Shown here in pieces: positions 7,844 through 16,102 of a stretch of 20,507 nt of DNA (positions are counted from its first letter, which is position 1; the number at the start of each line of letters is the position of its first letter). The notes under the pieces are model-generated. The model was given only the letters and a program-made list of their open reading frames with translations. It did not search any database and had not been told where the DNA came from. Source of the stretch: a candidate division WOR-3 bacterium (GTDB lineage Bacteria > Hydrothermota > Tepidihabitantia > SM23-42 > CAYGYG01); contig CBFGIV010000041.1 of the NCBI GenBank assembly GCA_965648915.1, forward strand, positions 1-20,507, in the 5' to 3' direction. A program made the translations under genes and the position numbers.

Positions 7844-10303
7844 ATGAGAAATAATCTAAACAGTATTTTACCTTATGTTACAAGACCGATAAGGTATACG
7901 AACGGAGAATTGAATGCGGTCTTGAAACCTGGTGCTGAGATTCATTTCGGTATCGTCTTTCCCGATATTTATGAGATCGGTATGTCAAATCAGGGTATCA
8001 AGATCATTTACCACCTTCTGAACAATCTCCCGGATGTCGCCTGTGAACGAATTTTTGCGCCCTGGCCCGATCTGGGAGAGAGATTGAAGAGAAGCGGAAA
8101 GCCCCTGAGCAGTCTTGAGACCCAACGACCGATTGCTGAGTTCGATATCCTTGGGTTTTCGCTCCAGAGCGAATTGACATCTACCAATATCCTCTACATT
8201 CTGGATCTGGGTGGGATCCCCTTCTCTTCTCAGGATCGAGATGAGCGAACACCTTTGATAATTGGCGGTGGTCCGGCTGCATTAAACCCACTCCCCCTTG
8301 CCCCATTTTTTGACCTTTTTGTTATTGGTGACGGTGAAGAAGTTCTGTTAGAACTGATTGATATCTATCGCCACTGGGATAGAAAGAGCAAGATAAAACT
8401 TCTCGAGAGCCTCTCGGAGATCGATGGTATCTGGGTACCGTTGATCCATAAAAAGGATAAGTTCATAAATAAAAGGACGGTAAAAGAACTTAAAGAAGAA
8501 GATGCACCCTACCCCCCATTACTGCCGATCTGCCCGATCGTCCACGATCGGCTGGTGGTTGAAATAATGAGAGGCTGTACCTGGGGCTGTCGTTTCTGTC
8601 AGGCCGGGTATGTTAACCGTCCATGCCGAATGCGCGACCCTGAGCAAATATTACGCATTGTTGATAAAAGTATCCGTGCTACTGGTTGGGAAGAGGTTTC
8701 CCTCCTTGCTTATTCAGCGCTCGACTACAATGACCTTCCTTATCTTCTCAGTCGACTGAATGAAAATCTTAACACCAGAAAGGTTGGTATCTCTTTACCA
8801 TCAATTCGTGGTGAACTCTTCAACTGGCAGATTGCGGAAAAATTGGCGGTGATTAAAAAAAGTGGGCTGACCTTTGCTCCGGAAACGGCCAGCGATTCCC
8901 TTCGACGGAGGATAAACAAGCATTTTACCAACTCTGAACTCATCCAGTCATTGGTTACCGCCTATGATTACGGCTGGCGGACGGTAAAGATGTATTTTAT
9001 GATCGGTCTACCCTATGAGACAGAAAACGATGTCAAAGAGATTCCTCATCTACTCAACGAAATTGTTCGAACTATCAAGAAAGGCGTGATCAAAGCAAGT
9101 ATATCACCCTTCATTCCCAAACCCCATACACCGTTTCAGAATGAGTCTTTTTTATCGATCGAAGAATTGAAGGAGAAGATAAGGTTGATCTGCAGGAATA
9201 TCTCAAGTACCCGGGTAAAATTAAATTTTCGAGATGTGGATTCAGCGCTGATTGAAGCGGTTCTCAGCCGGGGTGATGAACGATTGGCCCGGGTTATCGA
9301 ATATGTTTACCGTCAAGGTGGTCGATTTGAAGAATGGTCAGAAGGGTTTGAATTAAAACGCTGGACCGATGCTTTTGATAAATTATCAATAAACATTGAA
9401 GATTATCTATCCGGCCCATTTGACAATAGATGGCACTTTATCAACACCGGAGTAAAAGCTTCATTTCTGAGCAGAGAATGGGAAAGGGCGCAGAAAAGTG
9501 AACCAACAAAAAACTGTCGTTATAATGGATGCAACGGTTGCGGTGCCTGCCAAGGGATGATCTCGCCTAAAGAAGAACAACGATGCGAAATATCAAATAT
9601 CCCCGTCTATAGCCATTGTCCTCAACCAATATCCGCGGGTCCCGTCTCTTACCGCATCAAGTATACCGTCGGTGAAGACTTCCGCTATGCTTCCCATCTC
9701 GATTTGATGAGAACCTTTTATCGAGCCCTTCGTCGGTCTGATCTGCCAGTTATGTATAGTCGCGGTTTTTCACCGATCCCCCGGATATCCTTTGGCCCGG
9801 CAAAGAGTGTCGGTATGGTCAGTCAGGCTGAATATCTTGATATTCAATTAAACCGCATCTATACCGGCAATCTCGGCCTTGAAATCAATAGGGTTTTACC
9901 GAGAGATGTCAGAGTCGTCGATTTCAGAATTCTGCCCAATTCGAGCCCTCCGTTAAATTCGATAATCAATCTGGTTACTTATGAGATTCCAGTTAAAGAT
10001 AATTTCAATCCTGTTGCCATCGACAATTTCATTAATCAAGAAGATATTTATCTTATTAAGGATCGTAAAAACAAAAATATCAGGATTAATCTGCGGCGTG
10101 ATGTATATACAATCCAGAGACAAAATTCATCTATTTTGATCTCAATCTATCTGGGAGAAAAGCGCGCACGGATCTACGATGTAATTGGTTGTTTATTTAA
10201 TTTGAATGAAACCGATGCCCGTGCGGTTATGATTACCCGAACCGGAATGTTCATTTTGCGCGGCGATGGTTATGGAATGAGCTCACCGATGGAGGTAAGA
10301 TGA
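7844..10303 (+). CDS. TIGR03960-like B12-binding-domain radical SAM protein fused to TIGR03936/DUF2344-like domain
   Basis: RPIRYTNGE, FPDIYEIGMSN, IGDGEE, EIMRGCTWGCRFCQAG (CxxxCxxC), TFAPE, YFMIGLP, FIPKPHTPF, CRYNGCNGCGAC linker, then C-terminal YASHLD..R...RALRR..LP..YS.GF.P.PRISF. Confidence 0.88.
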   Translation: MRNNLNSILPYVTRPIRYTNGELNAVLKPGAEIHFGIVFPDIYEIGMSNQGIKIIYHLLNNLPDVACERIFAPWPDLGERLKRSGKPLSSLETQRPIAEFDILGFSLQSELTSTNILYILDLGGIPFSSQDRDERTPLIIGGGPAALNPLPLAPFFDLFVIGDGEEVLLELIDIYRHWDRKSKIKLLESLSEIDGIWVPLIHKKDKFINKRTVKELKEEDAPYPPLLPICPIVHDRLVVEIMRGCTWGCRFCQAGYVNRPCRMRDPEQILRIVDKSIRATGWEEVSLLAYSALDYNDLPYLLSRLNENLNTRKVGISLPSIRGELFNWQIAEKLAVIKKSGLTFAPETASDSLRRRINKHFTNSELIQSLVTAYDYGWRTVKMYFMIGLPYETENDVKEIPHLLNEIVRTIKKGVIKASISPFIPKPHTPFQNESFLSIEELKEKIRLICRNISSTRVKLNFRDVDSALIEAVLSRGDERLARVIEYVYRQGGRFEEWSEGFELKRWTDAFDKLSINIEDYLSGPFDNRWHFINTGVKASFLSREWERAQKSEPTKNCRYNGCNGCGACQGMISPKEEQRCEISNIPVYSHCPQPISAGPVSYRIKYTVGEDFRYASHLDLMRTFYRALRRSDLPVMYSRGFSPIPRISFGPAKSVGMVSQAEYLDIQLNRIYTGNLGLEINRVLPRDVRVVDFRILPNSSPPLNSIINLVTYEIPVKDNFNPVAIDNFINQEDIYLIKDRKNKNIRINLRRDVYTIQRQNSSILISIYLGEKRARIYDVIGCLFNLNETDARAVMITRTGMFILRGDGYGMSSPMEVR

Positions 10304-11826
10304 GTAAAAAGGATATAATATTAAATATTACCCATACCGAAACAAGGATTGCTGTAGTTGATGATGGGGTCTTGAGTGATTTTTATGTAAGTCGGCCTGG
10401 ACTTACCGGGATAATCGGCAATATCTATAAAGGCCGGGTTGAAAATGTTGTTCCCGGATTAAAGGCGGCTTTCGTCAATATCAATATGGAAAAGAATGCC
10501 TTTCTACCTATTTCTGAGATACCATTTGAGGAGTTTTCTGAACTCCTTGAAGATGAAGTTGAGATCGAAGAGAAAGAATCTAAAAGACCTTCGGAAATTT
10601 TACTTAAAGAAGGTCAGGAGATACTGGTTCAAGTTACAAAAGAATCTTACGGAGGCAAAGGTCCGAGGATAACATCTTATCTATCTATTCCTGGACGCTA
10701 TGTCGTATTGTTGGTCAATGCTTCAAATGTTGGCATATCGAGAAAGATTCGCGACCGAAAAGGGCGGGACCGACTGCGCGACATCGCCCAGCACTATCGA
10801 CCCGAAGGGGTCGGACTTATTGTTCGAACTGCCGCCAGTTATGCCCTCGAGGAAGAGATTGCTGAAGATATAAGATTGTTATACGAGACCTGGCTGGAGA
10901 TAAAACGTCAGGCTGAAAAGAAGAGCTCACCCGCCCTACTTTACGAGGAACCGGACATTATTATCCGGTTGGTTCGCGATCTCTTCACTACTGATGTCCG
11001 GAACCTTATTGTAGACTCCAAGGACGAATACGACCGGATTATTAACTATCTGACCCGAATTGCACCCCGGCTCCGTTCCCGTGTAAAATTTTTTAATGGG
11101 CCGATACCGATCTTCCGCTACTACGGCATTGAAGAACAGATTAGTAAGACACTCGACCGTAAGGTCTGGCTCGAGAGCGGTGGTTATATCACCATCGACC
11201 AGACCGAAGCGCTGATTGCAATCGATATAAACACGGGCAAATTCTCCAAAGAAAAAAACCCGGAGAAACTTGCTCTCCAGACAAACATTGAAGCGGTGAA
11301 AGAAATCGCCCGTCAGTTAAGACTGCGCGATATCGGTGGTCTGGTGGTCATCGACCTTATTGATATGGGTAAAAAAGAACTTTTTGATCGAGTCCTCCAT
11401 GAATTACACTCTGCCCTGCGGGGCGATCGTGCCCGTTACCGTATTGGCGGAGTGAGTGAATTCGGGCTCCTTGAGTTGACCCGGGAACGTTCCCGCCTCA
11501 GTCTCCTGCATACCTTTACCGAGGCCTGCCCGCAATGTAATGGCACCGGGCGGGTTATTTCCAAGGCTTCAATTGCGGGGGATGTGGTCCGCTGGCTGGA
11601 GAACTTCGAAGAGAAATTGAAGGGCCGTATCGTTGAAGTCCGGGTCTCGCCATCAATGGCCGATTATTTGAGTGTGGAACGCTTCGATACTCTATGTGAA
11701 GTCTCAAGAAAATCCGGATTTGTACTCAGGATTCGGGGTGATTATTCAATCCCGGAAAAGGAATTTAAGATTTTCTTTCTCGATCCCGAAGAAGAGATTA
11801 CCCATAAATTTGAATCTGAGATTTGA
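10300..11826 (+). CDS. rng: ribonuclease E/G family endoribonuclease (short, RNase G-like)
   Basis: GNIYKGRV S1 domain, ILVQVTKE..GGKGPR, IDINTG, ARQLRLRDIGG..IDLIDM, FGLLELTRER, CPQCNGTG Zn link. Confidence 0.93.
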   Translation: MSKKDIILNITHTETRIAVVDDGVLSDFYVSRPGLTGIIGNIYKGRVENVVPGLKAAFVNINMEKNAFLPISEIPFEEFSELLEDEVEIEEKESKRPSEILLKEGQEILVQVTKESYGGKGPRITSYLSIPGRYVVLLVNASNVGISRKIRDRKGRDRLRDIAQHYRPEGVGLIVRTAASYALEEEIAEDIRLLYETWLEIKRQAEKKSSPALLYEEPDIIIRLVRDLFTTDVRNLIVDSKDEYDRIINYLTRIAPRLRSRVKFFNGPIPIFRYYGIEEQISKTLDRKVWLESGGYITIDQTEALIAIDINTGKFSKEKNPEKLALQTNIEAVKEIARQLRLRDIGGLVVIDLIDMGKKELFDRVLHELHSALRGDRARYRIGGVSEFGLLELTRERSRLSLLHTFTEACPQCNGTGRVISKASIAGDVVRWLENFEEKLKGRIVEVRVSPSMADYLSVERFDTLCEVSRKSGFVLRIRGDYSIPEKEFKIFFLDPEEEITHKFESEI

Positions 11827-11865
11827 TTGTAATTTTTAATAATCCTTTTGTTTGACCTGTTCCTT

Positions 11866-12861
11866 ATGGCCGGTAGAGTTAGAAAGAAGATCCTGGTTAC
11901 TGGTGCCACCGGCTTTGTCGGCAGTCATATCGTCGATGAACTATTAGCATCCGATTTGTTCGAAGTCCATACTCTGATCCGCAAGACCAGCAGCCTGCTC
12001 TATCTTAAAGACAAACCGGTAATCCTTCACTATGGAAACATCCTTGATTATAATTCTCTTCTCAGTTCACTTGCCGGCATCGATATAATTATCCATTCAG
12101 CCGGCTTAATTAGAGCCCGCAATTTTCACCAATTTTATCAGTATAACACCATTGGCACTGAAAATCTCTTAAGGGCGGCGCTGGCAACTAAGACTGCTCA
12201 GAAGTTTATCTACATCAGCACCCAGGCCGCATCATCGCCTTCAAGAGATGGTCGATGTATCTGCGAAGAAGATGTTGCCCATCCCGTATCTCAGTATGGC
12301 CGCAGCAAAAGACTGGCTGAGATTGTGCTCAAGCAATATAAGGACAAGATTTCGGTCATCGCCTTAAGACCGGTCGCGGTCTATGGCCCGCGCGACCGGG
12401 AGACATTGAAGATTCTTCAACTGCTTAAACTCGGTTTCTTCATCCGGCCTGCCTTAAAAAAGACTACGGTCTGCCTCATCTATGTTAAGGACCTGGCCCG
12501 GGTCTGTGTTGAACTGATCGATAAACAATTTGAGAGCGGTTCAACCTATTTCCTGTCCGATGGTAATATGTATGAAATTGATTGTCTCCTGAGATTGGTC
12601 GGGACGATAATCGGCAAGCAACCATTTATTATCCCTCTCCCCAGTTCGGTTGCCCTCTTTTTTGGAGTTCTGAATGAATCGCTTGGCTTTTTCCCTTTTT
12701 CACCTGAGTTTATCTCCCGGGACAAGATACGCGAATTGTCTGAATCCTGGATCTGCTCAATCGAGAAAGCAAAAAGCGAACTCGATTTTAAACCGAGGTA
12801 TTCACTTGAGGAAGGAATGAGGGAAACGATTGATTGGTACAGAGCCAACCACTGGCTGTAA
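11866..12861 (+). CDS. NAD-dependent epimerase/dehydratase (extended SDR)
   Basis: VTGATGFVG, HSAG, YGRSK (YxxxK), RPVAVYGPRD, PRYSLEEG. Start uncertain (ATG 11866 or TTG 11848). Confidence 0.88.
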   Translation: MAGRVRKKILVTGATGFVGSHIVDELLASDLFEVHTLIRKTSSLLYLKDKPVILHYGNILDYNSLLSSLAGIDIIIHSAGLIRARNFHQFYQYNTIGTENLLRAALATKTAQKFIYISTQAASSPSRDGRCICEEDVAHPVSQYGRSKRLAEIVLKQYKDKISVIALRPVAVYGPRDRETLKILQLLKLGFFIRPALKKTTVCLIYVKDLARVCVELIDKQFESGSTYFLSDGNMYEIDCLLRLVGTIIGKQPFIIPLPSSVALFFGVLNESLGFFPFSPEFISRDKIRELSESWICSIEKAKSELDFKPRYSLEEGMRETIDWYRANHWL

Positions 12862-12877
12862 GAATATATGGTCGGTG

Positions 12878-13663
12878 CTATCTGAAGTAGAGGTCGGGTC
12901 GGCGGTCGGTAAATAAATCATTAAAGGGATTGACTTTCTTATTACGGGCCAATTCAGGATTTATTTCTAAGAATTTTACCATCTCCCCCTGTGCCGGGGC
13001 TCTCACCAAAACTTTTCCGCCGGGTGCAACAATTTGACTCTGTCCGGTAAAAGAGAATTTGTACTTCCCCCTCTTTTCACTTCCTGTTCGATTGGCAGTG
13101 ATTATATAAACCCGGTTCTCAATTGACCTGGTAATCATTGCATCCTGGCAGAAAGGCATAACCAGGTTGGCACAATGGCAGACGATATCAGCACCATTCA
13201 GGGCGAGAGTCCTCATTGCCTCCGGGTAAATCCAGTCAAAACAGATAAGGATTCCGATTTTGGTTCTATTGAAGATAAAAGGATTGAATGGACCATTACC
13301 GGGCTCAAACCATCTCTTTTCATGCATAAATAAATGGACTTTCCGATAAACACCGCTTAAACCCTTTTTAGTGACGAAGATGGCGGAGTTAAAGAATCTA
13401 CTACCCGCCCTTTCCACAATACCGCCAATGATTGCCAAGTTATTGCTTTTACATAAATTATGCAAAAATTGTGAAGTAAAACTTAAAGCAGGTTCAGCCA
13501 GTTTTTTAATCTCTTCTTTTGATGTGAATGTATACCCGGTATTGAAAAGTTCAGGTAACACGATCAGGGAGTTTTTGGTATTTTTTAGTAACTTTTCGAC
13601 TTCCTTGAAATTCCTCTCTTTGTTGCCAAAGACCGGTGTAAACTGAAGAAAACCAACCTTCAT
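12878..13663 (-). CDS. carbon-nitrogen hydrolase (nitrilase/amidase superfamily)
   Basis: Glu-Lys-Cys triad: LPELFNTGY, YRKVHLF, ICFDWIYPE; RSIEN, ANRTG, C-terminal RRPDLY. Confidence 0.93.
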   Translation of the reverse strand: MKVGFLQFTPVFGNKERNFKEVEKLLKNTKNSLIVLPELFNTGYTFTSKEEIKKLAEPALSFTSQFLHNLCKSNNLAIIGGIVERAGSRFFNSAIFVTKKGLSGVYRKVHLFMHEKRWFEPGNGPFNPFIFNRTKIGILICFDWIYPEAMRTLALNGADIVCHCANLVMPFCQDAMITRSIENRVYIITANRTGSEKRGKYKFSFTGQSQIVAPGGKVLVRAPAQGEMVKFLEINPELARNKKVNPFNDLFTDRRPDLYFR

Positions 13664-13668
13664 ACTTT

Positions 13669-13697
13669 AGTCTAATCGAATATCTTAATCTTGTCAA
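13669..13697 (-). promoter_or_regulatory. sigma70-type promoter of C-N hydrolase, predicted leaderless
   Basis: Minus strand TTGACA (13697-13692), 17 bp, TAGACT (13674-13669), 5 nt, ATG 13663; no SD. Confidence 0.7.
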
Positions 13698-13825
13698 TAT
13701 CTCTGATCGGCCTGAGGCAGGAGTCGATTATTTTCTACATCCTTTTCATCTTCTCTTCGAGGAGTGGAATTATTGACGGGTTCAAGAGGAGGCGCTAAAT
13801 CTTGACCAATATGTCTGTGGCCCGC

Positions 13826-13848
13826 GCGGAGGGCAATGAGCCCTCCGC
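13826..13848 (-). terminator. GC-rich hairpin after Spy-like gene (terminator or 3' stabiliser)
   Basis: Perfect 9-bp stem GCGGAGGGC / GCCCTCCGC, 5-nt loop, 12 nt after the stop codon; no U-tract. Confidence 0.55.
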
Positions 13849-13860
13849 TCCAATGATTCT

Positions 13861-14313
13861 CTATTCTAGACCAGCACCCGGTGGTTCGGGTGATCGCCCA
13901 AATCCGGGACCGAAGCGTCGATTGTGAAATCGCTCTTTGATCCGAGCGCGCATCAGTTTTTTGGCTTCTTTAATCTTTTCCGGACCGAGAATCTTCTTGA
14001 TTTTTATCGCTGTCTCCAGACCCACGATCTTCATATTGGTCTGGATATCGCCTATCTCCTGAACCAATTTTCTTACGGTTGTTTCGTTCGGGCTGTCCTT
14101 TTCCAGTTCTGAACGCAGGTCGAGCCTTTTTGTCTCAATATCGGCACGAAATTTAATCATTTTAGCCTCGGTACTACGCAACAGTGTTTCAATCTCCTGC
14201 TGCTGGGCATCGGTAAGATCGAGTTCTTCAATTATCTCGTGAGGGATCTCGGCTAATCTTGGTCCAATCTGGGCACCAAACAGAAATATGGTTGCAATGA
14301 TCAGGTTTATCAT
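13861..14313 (-). CDS. Spy/CpxP/ZraP-like periplasmic protein
   Basis: Hydrophobic N-terminal signal-like segment, LDLTDAQQ (LTxxQ), helical charged body, IKKILGPEK, Gly/Pro-rich tail; SD AAGGAG (14324-14319) supports ATG 14313. Confidence 0.8.
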   Translation of the reverse strand: MINLIIATIFLFGAQIGPRLAEIPHEIIEELDLTDAQQQEIETLLRSTEAKMIKFRADIETKRLDLRSELEKDSPNETTVRKLVQEIGDIQTNMKIVGLETAIKIKKILGPEKIKEAKKLMRARIKERFHNRRFGPGFGRSPEPPGAGLE

Positions 14314-14338
14314 TTTGTCTCCTTTCTTCACTTAATAC

Positions 14339-14365
14339 GACGCCGGGGTTTGCAGGATGGTTTAA
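14339..14365 (-). promoter_or_regulatory. ECF-sigma-type promoter of Spy-like gene
   Basis: Minus strand TTAAAC (14365-14360), 17 bp, CGTC (14342-14339), matching the AAC-N16/17-CGT pattern. Confidence 0.5.
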
Positions 14366-14379
14366 GTACATTCTTTAAC

Positions 14380-14407
14380 TTGACATTCTGGTTAACCAGG
14401 ATAGAAT
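14380..14407 (+). promoter_or_regulatory. sigma70-type promoter of antiporter with palindrome in spacer
   Basis: TTGACA (14380-14385), 16 bp containing CTGGTTAACCAG, TAGAAT (14402-14407). Confidence 0.7.
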
Positions 14408-14461
14408 AAAAAAATGCCAATAATAATTTTCTGAAATATATATCCCTTAAGGAGTTGATCA

Positions 14462-15460
14462 ATGATTCTATGGACCGGATTTTTATTCTGTGCTTTGATT
14501 ATTTTCTATGCAGGTGCCAAACTTTCAAAATACGGTGACATTATCGCAGAGAAGACCGGGCTGGGCCGAACCTGGGTCGGGGTAGTGCTTATTGCATCGG
14601 TCACCTCTTTCCCCGAACTTGTAACCGGCATAAGTTCGGTAACCTATGCCCGGACTCCGGATATTGCCCTTGGTAATATTCTGGGTGCGTGTGCGTTCAA
14701 TCTCCTGCTTTTTGCCTTGCTCGATGCCCTCCATCCTGCAAAGCCAATATCAAGCACTGCATCTCAAAGTCATATCCTGTCTGCCGGATTCGGTATAATA
14801 TTATTGACTTTTGTCGGTGCCGGAATCTTACTGAAAGATGTTATTATTAAGATTGGATGGATAAGTATTTCGAGTTTCTTCTTTATTGCTATTTATCTTA
14901 TTGCAATGAGAATGATCTATTCTCATGAAAAAAAACAGATATTTTTTAACCAAAAAGACATTAAGCAGAACCTTTCCTATCCAGATGCATCACTAAAAAA
15001 TGTTATATTAAAATTCAGCATCAATGGCCTGGCGGTCATAATCGCTGCCGTTTTTCTTCCCAAAATTGGTAAGGATATTGCGGTGAAAACCGGTCTGGGT
15101 GAAACCTTTGTGGGTAATTTTTTTATTGCTATCACAACCACTCTGCCCGAGATGGTCGTTTCAATTTCTGCCTTAAGAATCGGCGCTACCGATCTGGCGC
15201 TGGGAAACATTTTTGGAAGTAATCTCTTCAATATCTTTATACTGGCGGTCGATGATCTTCTCTTTATTAAAGGGCCACTTTTCTCTTTTGTCAACCCGGT
15301 TCATATCTTCCCGGTTCTTACCGTTACGGCTATGACTGCAGTTGCAATCATCGGCTTAATTTATAAGACTGAAAAGAAACAACTGTTTCTTGGCCGGGAT
15401 TCAATAGTAATAATCCTGCTTTACCTCTGCAATCTGGCCCTTTTATATATTTTAAAATAA
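14462..15460 (+). CDS. CaCA-family sodium:calcium (cation) antiporter, YrbG-like
   Basis: About 10 hydrophobic segments; two alpha-repeats ASVTSFPELVTG...LGNILGA and ITTTLPEMVVS...LGNIFGSN; SD AAGGAG 14449-14454. Confidence 0.9.
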   Translation: MILWTGFLFCALIIFYAGAKLSKYGDIIAEKTGLGRTWVGVVLIASVTSFPELVTGISSVTYARTPDIALGNILGACAFNLLLFALLDALHPAKPISSTASQSHILSAGFGIILLTFVGAGILLKDVIIKIGWISISSFFFIAIYLIAMRMIYSHEKKQIFFNQKDIKQNLSYPDASLKNVILKFSINGLAVIIAAVFLPKIGKDIAVKTGLGETFVGNFFIAITTTLPEMVVSISALRIGATDLALGNIFGSNLFNIFILAVDDLLFIKGPLFSFVNPVHIFPVLTVTAMTAVAIIGLIYKTEKKQLFLGRDSIVIILLYLCNLALLYILK

Positions 15461-15568
15461 AATCGCTTTATCTAAAATTTATCCATTTTTTGCCTTTAAC
15501 AAAAGTCGTGGAATAAATACGATCGTTAGACATTCGATCCAAAATCATATCCGGCTATTAAAGAGAAA

Positions 15569-16102
15569 TCAAAAATTGAAGACCCTGACCGTTTCGTAGA
15601 TCGGACCTTTTGGGGTGAGGGTGCTTTTGAAAAGGGTGATACTCTTTACCGTATAGGGTTCGCTCTTAAACTCTTTACCTAAAATATTAGAAAGATCGCA
15701 TCGCACCTTGACCCGGCCGATGGTCAGATGGGGATGGAATTTTTTTTCAACCGGAAAACCTGTAGCCAGTAATGCCTGATCGATATGCTGCTGAAGCACC
15801 GATATCTCCCCTGCCCCTTCTTTGACACCAATCCATACAACCCTTGGATAGCGGGGATCGGGAAAACAGCCCAGACCTTCGAAAGAGACAGCAAAGGGTT
15901 TTATCCCTTTCATTACCGATTCAACCGACTCAATGACCCGTTTGACTCTGTCTTCAGAAACCTCACCAAGAAATTTCAGAGTGATATGGAGATTCTCGAA
16001 TTCGACCCATTTGATCGGCTGGACCGTGCGGACCATATTGATAAAATCGATAACCTTCTTTCTTATCTCTAATGGAATTTCGATGGCAATAAATGTTCTC
16101 AT
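15569..16102 (-). CDS. thpR: RNA 2',3'-cyclic phosphodiesterase (2H family, LigT)
   Basis: MRTFIAI, two HxT motifs (LHITLKFLG, PHLTIGR), PRVVWIG, STLTPKGPIY; ATGA overlap with cinA. Confidence 0.93.
   Translation of the reverse strand: MRTFIAIEIPLEIRKKVIDFINMVRTVQPIKWVEFENLHITLKFLGEVSEDRVKRVIESVESVMKGIKPFAVSFEGLGCFPDPRYPRVVWIGVKEGAGEISVLQQHIDQALLATGFPVEKKFHPHLTIGRVKVRCDLSNILGKEFKSEPYTVKSITLFKSTLTPKGPIYETVRVFNF

Noticed and set aside
13735..13817. Protein-like minus-strand stretch DILVKI*RLLLNPSIIPLLEEKMKRM*
   Set aside because: Too short, has an internal stop and no RBS; cannot be supported as a gene or pseudogene without a search
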